Assembly: GCA_051362555.1 (NCBI GenBank)
Contig: CM120649.1
Location: forward strand, 11,408,001 to 11,472,000
From: Lingula anatina
Taxonomy: Eukaryota > Animalia > Brachiopoda
Reading direction: 5' to 3'
Length of the DNA: 64,000 bases
This document shows, in pieces, positions 51,841 to 64,000 of this stretch. The position numbers and the translations under genes were made by a program. The number at the start of each line of letters is the position of its first letter. Positions within the stretch are counted from its first letter, which is position 1. The notes beneath the pieces were generated by a model. That model was not told where the DNA came from. It worked only from the letters and a program-made list of their open reading frames with translations, and did not search any database.

Positions 51841-52089
51841 GACTGCGCTCCCGTAAATCCATTGTACTAACTGGATCAATCTAACCCTTCGGGGCTTCTC
51901 GCTAATTGTTTGGTCTCCCTTGAGTTACCGGGGGGGGGGGGGGGGGGGGTTTGACTATCATTAAATACGCCCTTGCAGCTTGAGTAGGTTAGCCAGGCAT
52001 TTAAGCCGCTCACAATAAATGCACTTAAGCGAGAACCCCGCAGAGTTAGATCGTTCCAGCTAGTACGATGCGTTTGTGGGAACGCTCCC
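51841..52089. mobile_element. Approximately 250-bp palindromic MITE, copy 3 of 3 (more diverged)
   Basis: TAA|gactgcgctccc..actaactggatcaatc..ttctcgcta..agcgagaaccc..gtgggaacgctccc, same layout as 10749-11005. Confidence 0.65.
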
Positions 52090-52101
52090 TATAAATGTTA
52101 G

Positions 52102-52275
52102 GGGGCCGTAGCGATAGTCCGAAGGTTCAATAGTCCGAAGGTTCATTGGTCCGAATGTTCACTATAGAACCTTCGGACCAATGAACCCTTGATTAAAAAA
52201 TCGATGAAAATGTAACCACTTTTCGGACCAATGAACCTTCGGACCAATGAACCTTCGGACTATCGAGACGCCCCC
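52102..52275. mobile_element. 174-bp MITE with 17-bp subterminal repeats and an 8-bp TSD
   Basis: AATGTTAG|ggggccgtagcgatagtccgaaggttca... / ...tgaaccttcggactatcgagacgccccc|AATGTTAG. Repeat unit gtccgaaggttcattg(g) and its reverse complement. Confidence 0.88.
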
Positions 52276-52466
52276 AATGTTAGCGCACCTTGATCTTTAA
52301 TAAAAGAGGCACGAAAGTGAGAACCTCCAACCAGGAAATGACTACATACGCTGATTATTTCGCGCGAATTTTAAGCACTATATCCCATCGAAGGTAACCT
52401 TTTCGATTAATCTTATCAATACTGATTTACATCAAATGAAAAGAAAAAGTAAGTGACATTAAAAAC

Positions 52467-53881
52467 ATGACTTTCAACGTGTTTTGGCCTCGAACAGTGA
52501 AAGATCGTGTCGCCCTGGCAGTGTTTATGTTGATAGGGGGACCACTGACGTTTTGTTATGAGGTCTTGGTTGTTATTCCTACTTACTACAGCGTGTGGAC
52601 ATTAACAGCGTATATCCATGTGATATTCGGACTGGTATTAGCCGTCAGTATTTACTGGAATGTATATAACGTCAGAAAAAACTTCCCACGGTGTCTTGTG
52701 AATGGCGACAGAAGAACTCAAGAGGCCGCCACCTGTCAGGGACACTCCAGCGAATCAAGAAAAGAGCAATTCGAAACGAAGTCAGAAACGGCAGTTACTC
52801 TTGACCACTTTCAGGGAAATCAGAGACCATCTTCAGACGCAGCTATAATCAGGAACGCTGGCGGCTTGCAAAATTTGACTGGACATGGGACCGGAACTGA
52901 AACAGAAGGGGTATTTTGTTCATTGTGCCAGAATCAGTCCCCACCGAGGTCGTTTCACTGCGAGCTCTGTGACGGCTGTGTTCGACTGCAGGATCACCAT
53001 TGCTGGTTTGCAGGTATAGTTACAGCATATACATGTAGATGTAGCTCTAACATGTGACTGTAATCAAGAAACATGTATTTAACTAGCTGTAGCCTAATTA
53101 ATTCTACGTGTTATCCCAAATTTTCCCCGTGAATAATTATATTATAATTTATAAACTATCCAAACTGGACAGTTCGTTAAAATTTGCCAATAACTTTTGA
53201 GATATTTTAACCAGTGGAATAAAGAAATAAAGATACAACTAAATATATATAGAAATAAGATGACTAACCAACGCCGATGAAACATCACCTTTAGGCTTTA
53301 GTGGAGGTTTGCAAGCTCGGGCATAATACTGAATATTTGGAGTCACATCCAGTCATTAAAAACGTTTACACACATCCCCATAGGGTGGGTTCCATTTTTG
53401 ATATACATGTATTATTCCCTCTGCGTCTTCTGTGTATTTTCTAGGTTGCTGCATTGGACAACACAACCAGAAACAATACGTCTACATGATGCTATCCTGC
53501 TGGCTCCTCGCCTTATACGGGAACGTGCTTAACTTCTCATTTAACGTGTCCACACTTGGACTAAATCACTGGACACCGGTAATCTTAGTGGCGCCACACA
53601 TAGCCCTCATGTTCGGATACCTCTCCTTTTATGAATTCTTCGTCGCTGGTTTAACAAGTGTTGGTATGTTTCTCTTTGGGCTGTTCACTAGATTGCTGTA
53701 TGCGCAGGCTGTTCAGATGATCACTGGACAGACGAGGTACGAGCGGAAGAAAGGAATCAAGGTGCAAAGCAGTGGATTTAAAAGGAATGTTGAGGCAGTG
53801 TTTGGGAGGAACAGTATTGTTTATGTTATTATCAATAAAATACATTCATTCCTCGGTTACAGAGATGCGAAATTCAGATGA
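52467..53881 (+). CDS. DHHC-type palmitoyltransferase (ZDHHC22/24-like), about 327 aa, 2 exons
   Basis: Exons 52467-53013 and 53445-53881. The join gives CSLCQNQSPPRSFHCELCDGCVRLQDHHCWFAG|CCIGQHNQKQY. Two TMs precede the DHHC domain and two follow. GQTRYE resembles the TTxE motif. Confidence 0.92.
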
Positions 53882-55154
53882 TGTCATGTAGAAAATCTAA
53901 TGTGATATGAAGCAAAGTGAATGAACTTTAGAACGTTAATTATCTCACTGAGAAAAATTGGTTACATATTTCAACAATTCTTCTGCTGGTACATCATATA
54001 CGTGAATCAAGTGACAAAAGATTTTTAATTATAAATCGTGCATGTTGGAAGATGGGAAACGTAAAAAAAAAGTTTTTTGCTTGCTTGGCAAGGACAGTGT
54101 TTTAATATCATTACAAAATAAATTATTCTGTAAAATTCAGCAAGTATTCCTCTGTCACCAAAGTATAGCTAGTCAAAAGTAAGGGGAAATATAGGGTATA
54201 AACTCCCGTCTCATTTACAGACCGTAGCCAGAGAATTTTGGTTGGTTCGAATGAGCCGCCCTTTTGGCAGTGAAAATCCCTAACCAAAGAAGGACCATAT
54301 CTCGCCTTTACTACCGTGTACAGTGCTTAGGTCAAAGAAGTCCGTGTAATATAGCCATACGAAATTTCCTGTGATTTTTTTATTGATCTGTGTAGATCCT
54401 TCTTCAGATGTGCAAAATAAATAAATAGATAAATAAACGGATTACACAATCCAAGTACATATGTGTTCAATAAAAAATATAACCGAAATATGTTAATATT
54501 CACATTTCCCTGACCTTTTCACATACTGTATGTTCAAAACGTTCATTTTTCCTTCACAAAATGACTCAAATACAAATGACAAAAGTAAGCTTACAAACCT
54601 TTATTACGAGGTCATTTTGATTACTTTACATTCCAAGAACATGTAGCTATAAAAATCTACACGACAATGTTGAGCTGGTGCATGTGTGTTTGACGGCACA
54701 ATGATAAATATAAATGACTTTCTTTCGGTCTTAATTTCTAGGCGAAAGATTAAGTATACTTTAGCCCGAGATATTGAATGGAATATTTATTATACTTGTT
54801 TTAAAACTCGTTTTAAAATATTTTTATTTAAGGCTAAAACCTCATAGAAATAGTTACGTTATTCAAATGGGCTCCTGTAGCTCTATCTTAACCTGAAGAT
54901 GGCTACTTTGACAAATTTTCTGGCTGAAGATCTTTTTCAACAGACGCGGAAGAACATGTTGAAGGTTCTGTTGTAAGACGATTCGATACCTCATTTATGT
55001 ATAGGGGCTGTAATGACCCTGAAAATTAGGAGCATGCATATGCTGGTAGTAAGACCGATAGTCAGTTTTCAGGGACCTTCGAATCTCAAGATGACTGAGA
55101 AGCACTATGAAGTTTTTTCTGTCTGTACATCCAGCCAATGAAAGTGGCATCTGG

Positions 55155-58100
55155 CTAAAAATTAACAGGGCGGATCTTCATCTCGGTTGTCTTCAAGGAG
55201 TGATAATAACCCCTGAATGTTTTCCAGTTGACCCCGTCAGCGAATGACGTGTGGTCACCAAGGTGATACAGGCCGTTCAAGTTCGAAAGGTGACAGCTGC
55301 CATACCACCACGCCCCCTTGAAAGTAATCGCACAATTACCGCCATTGCTGCCATGATCTTTCGTAGTGAACTCCATTCCATTGTGAAGCAGTGCTAGTGA
55401 ATCACCTGAAAAAAAATAGTTGGTTACATGCAATATACCTTTTCTGGTGGAAAACATCCCAAAAAGCCCAAAATCGCGCGGCTAAGACCAAAATGATTTG
55501 AGATTTCTCGGGATTTAGCAGAGAGTGGGATCAGAAATAATGGCAGACTCTTTACATGTATATATACTGTGTATTGGTATCCGATATGTAATAAATAGGT
55601 ATCCTTGGGTATTCAAAAATGACTGTCAATGAAGATAATGATACATTCAATGATTGGACATGGGTCTGTTACAAAATTAAGTCGATTTTAGGTTGCTTAA
55701 AATGTTTTTCACAGCCTTACTGCCCGTTGGCATCTATCAGTAAATTGAGTAAATCATAGCTGGCTTCCATTTGCCATAAGGATTCTATCTATATCGCAGT
55801 AATTTTCACATCCTTTTTGACTTTATGATATGTATTTGGTGCTGAACAAGTGCGTACAAGTAATTTGACAAAATTGTTGGTGACTGTTATTATGACTGAA
55901 AACACAATGTCATCGTTTGTCTTAAAATATCCATTGCTGAAGTACATGTACGAGTGAAAGACTGCAAGTTCAATAAACTGCACATTTGAAGGGGTAATTC
56001 ATTTTATGAACAGTGATGATCGATGGTATTTAAGTGTAAGCATAACTCTAACACGCTGTCTTTCATTTATAAAAAATGTTATGGCACATTTTCTTTTCAG
56101 TAAATATTTTAAAATATATTTCAAAAAAATACGCGACCATGATATTGTGTCAAATTCAATTACCCGCGGTCCCAGAATATGTTCCAACAGTCAACTGATA
56201 GTTGGCCGACTCTGATGAGATGGCAAAGTTGTCATAGTGAGCGTACGCCCAGACACCATCCGCGTCCTCCATATCCACACGCAGCTCATAGCTGTCTTGT
56301 TCAGTCAGGAGGTGGATCTTGTCGTTACCTGTTAATTAATATTTTTTTGGAATATATAAATGTTACACAATTTTGCCTTAAACTTATTAGAATACTGGAT
56401 GGGAGTTAAATGTAACATACAAATAAATAATTAATGAACAAGTATATTAGTAAGCTTAAATACGTGAAAACCAAAATCTTAAAGACAACAGCAGATGCAA
56501 TAATGACCAGATTTAAGAATAATAATAAATGAGATTTTTTCTTTGATTTCCATAATTAGTAACGTCTTGCAGGCTCAAATACTTGCACCAGCGATTAATA
56601 TGTGCGAGAACATCAGTAGATAAACCAGAAAAACATTCATTCTCTTTTTTATATCTGCCATAATCCCGTTGAATAAAGCTCTTTTTATTACAGAAAAACA
56701 AGTAACATTTTCGCCTTGAGGACTCACTGTTACAATAACCATACCTAGCCAGTGTTCTGAACTTAAATTTCCAAACCCGTCTTTGTATGAGGTCCAATTT
56801 CTATAGAAGTCAACAGAGCCGTCCATGCGCTTCTGAAACAACTTGAAACGAAAAAAAAATTTGAAGCATATTCATCAACGTAAACCGTCTTTTAAAAACT
56901 ACATACGGAAGTGATTCAGTAAGTCTGTAAGAATGAAAACAATATGAAAACAAAATGAAAATTAGAATCAGCTAGCTTTAATCCATGGTTGATTTTTTAC
57001 TTATTTATGTAAATGTTCCTCCTATCTAAAATTTGCAGATATTAATATCAAAACTGACCGTCCATCCTCCTCCATCAGTGTCCATGTCACAGTACACATC
57101 AAAGGAAGTAGGACTGTTCACAGGAATAATGCTGTAGATCCCACTGGTATTTACGCCATTGTTATACAGATCTGCGCAGTCCTTCCTCTCTAATAAGTCA
57201 AGGTAAATGTTACTAAGAGAAAGTTGATGAAATCAATGGCGTCTCATTCATTTTATTGCAATGTAAATACCCTTGGTTAATGTCCTTTGCGCTCCACAGT
57301 GATCACAATTTGAACTACGCTATTTCTTATCGACCTTTAAAATAATTCGCACTCACTTGTAAAGACTTACTGATAGATAATTGTTGAATCTTCACACTCA
57401 ACACAGAATGGTAATATTCCGAGTTTGCAGAAGATCGAAATCACACTCGACTATATACGCACATATTTGTATGTTATGCTTTATTGCTTATACCGGGACA
57501 TATGTTTATTATCTTGATCATGTCCAATGCAGATGTTTGTCCTGTCGCAAATTACAAGTTTATGGGACGTACTGCATTACTTTACGACTATACATGTTTG
57601 TGCTCGTTGTTTCACCATTCTGTCCTGAAAACGTGAAGTCTGAGTACAAATCAACCTCAATCGCAAACAGCAGGAAAATGACCAATCATTCAATTTGTTC
57701 AATGCACTTACCATAATTTGTGAAGTTAAACGAGGCTGTAACTGTAGCATTATTGACTCCAAGTGGCCTTGAATTCATCGCCGTCAGCCGCATGGTATAG
57801 GCAACACCCATAGGGAGATTAGACAAAACTGACGTCACATTATTGCGGTGACCTGGGTCGCCCATGGTCAGCTTGGTGACGTAGGTGTTGTCGACAGCAC
57901 CAAACTGTTTCACATCTAGAGTAAAGGTTTGGTCAAAGCCGCCATTATCACCTGCTGCCCAAGTGACCACCGCAGTGTTTGCTACAGTTGTGTTCAACGA
58001 TGATATCACTGGTGGTTGTGGCGGTCCTAGAAATTAATCAATGAATTATGTAAATACGCAGTGTTTTAAGCACCATGCGCATGCCACACATATTAAAAGT

Positions 58101-58707
58101 AATAAAAATGATATGAAGTGAAAAGATGTTGAAACAAGTTTTTTAATTGCTATGCAAAATCTAGGCGTATCTTGGTCGTCTAGCATATAGCCACATTCCT
58201 GGCACTAGCTCTCCTATCTTCATCCTTTATCCAGCCTTGTCTTTAAAAATTTCCCGAAATGCAATCGACATATTTTATGATAAATTCCATGGATCATCTA
58301 GGCATGCATTTGTTCAAATAAGTAAATAAATAGCAATAACAATAAATATATAAAATATTAAAAACACACTGACCAATTCCAGAGTTAAGGTACACCCAGC
58401 CACTGTCAGCTACTGTCATTGTGTCAGCGCCATCGTAGATCGTCTTGTCATTTATTTCACACGTCTTATTTTCCACGTGATAGTTGACAGATACACAGGT
58501 GGCAGACCCGAGGCGGAGGCACCTCACAGTACAGGCAATCTTAGAGCTAGCATATGAAGCCAAATGTTTGCCGCCAAAGACACCATTTAGCAATCTGTGT
58601 CCTGCCTGTGCCGCGAAGTTGCCTTGTCTTAACCCAACACCCACTGCTGAATCAGCAATATTACAGCTTATAAGTAACAGCTGAAGCAGCTTTGCCATGA
58701 GTTTCAT
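55155..58707 (-). CDS. Secreted fibrinogen-related protein: signal + PAN/apple + FN3 + fibrinogen C-terminal domain, paralog 1, about 430 aa
   Basis: Exons 58707-58374 (signal; [10 protein letters not shown]...CVSVNY....CEIN = PAN), 58026-57712 (GPPQPP..AVVTW..GDNGG.DQTF..LSNL..G.AY.MRL.A.N..G = FN3), 57189-57059 ([20 protein letters not shown]), 56841-56745, 56328-56164, 55405-55155 (GAWWY..C..SNLNG..MKIRP). All phases compatible. Confidence 0.92.
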
Positions 58708-59776
58708 GGAATCTTCTTAAGCGCGCTTTGTCGCCGTCTGACACACTGGCTAAATCTTCCACCTTTTCTTTGTACAAAACAGCAAATTCCTCCGAGCGCC
58801 TATTCGATTAACTTCACTTGATTAATGTGAAATCTAGAACTGAATTATTGTAAATAGTAAAAACTGTTAACACACTGTTTTGTATTGTGTTCAATTGGCT
58901 TATCTAATCCATATTTACATCTGTTCAATCTAATCCCTGGTACAGAACTTGGCGTCTTTGTCCATCAAAGATATTGCACTACACCATCGACCACGTTTGC
59001 CTTTAATTAAGGAGACCAAATGACCCAATGAATGGTTAGTAGATCAACGCTAGTCTTCTGAAACGATTTGTCAAGAACGTCAAACCGTCTGCAGGGTAAG
59101 TTATTTTCCTGTGTCCCAAATGTTGGCTTGGAGATGTTGTTCGCTTCAGAAACTTGGCCCAATACACTTAATTGGAGGACATCCGGATCAATCCGTTAGT
59201 TTACGGAGAATTGAACAATTTACATGAATGACATCATCAACCATATTGTCAGTTATGGCTGACCGCTTCTGCTCGTGTGCTTCTAGGGCCGGATTTATGT
59301 ATAAACAGCCTAAGCACGTGTTTAGGGCGCCACACCTAAAGAGGCACGGATAAGCTAGAGAAAAATACTATGTATAAAATGTAAGTATACAGAGGACACT
59401 TAAAGAGGAGAGGAATCGCACCAAGTTACGGGCTCTGAATACCTGGTCTTGAATAACTCTACATCTGCCTGATTTACACTAAGTCTGCTTCTTCCTGTTT
59501 CAGTAATATACAATGCACATCTTGTCGCATCTAGGGCAACTGAACTGTTAGACAATTATCAATGCCGTTGATGGTTTGTCGCCCCGGAGCGTCATCAAAA
59601 TTGCTGGTCCGGTCTCATTATTGACCGCTGATCAGCAACGTCCACCATGTATGTACCAATAATGGCCAAGACATGCTGAGAGTACATTACTCGGGTGAGT
59701 TTTAAGGAATCTTTAATACTCAGGATGACTGACAGACACTATCGTTAATTTTAACTTAAAAGTTAATAGAACCCGA

Positions 59777-63782
<4,006 letters not shown>

Positions 63783-64000
63783 AATATGAGTTTCACTGAA
63801 TCTTCTAACAACGTTTTCTCCGCTTTTCTTTGCTAAATGAACTTTATGCTTTAACTTTCCATAAAAACTGCTTTTTTCAATCACCTTTCCCCCAGCTGCT
63901 TTAATTAATCGAAACTCAAGATTTAAATAAGAGTAACACATAATGCATGGGATATAATGTATTTGGATTTTCTAAACCAATCAATATCTACTTAATTTCC

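Noticed and set aside
52102-52275. Short regularly repeated units resembling a CRISPR array
   Set aside because: No unique spacers, the repeats are inverted about the centre and bounded by a TSD, and the context is eukaryotic. It is a MITE.
14330-53881. Functional link between the DHHC enzyme and the lectin's juxtamembrane cysteines, or one operon-like immune system across the window
   Set aside because: Neighbourhood in an animal genome does not imply a shared pathway; no sequence evidence.

Overview
AT-rich, intron-containing animal genomic DNA, not prokaryotic. The gene content suggests a marine lophotrochozoan such as a mollusc (inference only). Assembling exons by hand gives nine spliced genes, several of them missing or fragmentary in the ORF track. 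(1) A 2-exon COX8-like mitochondrial microprotein (-), head-to-head with (2) a 7-exon type-I membrane C-type lectin receptor (+). The lectin has a GC-AG intron, ITIM-like and PPxY tail motifs, and a tandemly amplified transmembrane-exon acceptor. (3-5) Three paralogous secreted proteins (-) with a variable Tyr/Pro/Gln repeat arm and an almost invariant 6-Cys chitin-binding-like domain. (6) TMEM254 (+). (7) A DHHC palmitoyltransferase (+). (8-9) Two tandem secreted proteins with signal-PAN/apple-FN3-fibrinogen architecture (-). Intergenic and intronic DNA holds many transposon relics. These include a Tc1-derived element built from two inverted 3' ends, with a nested long-TIR (Academ-like) element; its empty site survives in a paralog. 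There are also an RTE 3' fragment with TSD, an L1/Tx1 3' fragment, and Harbinger-, Kolobok- and other MITE-like elements. All gene models were read manually from splice signals and frame continuity; no searches were run.
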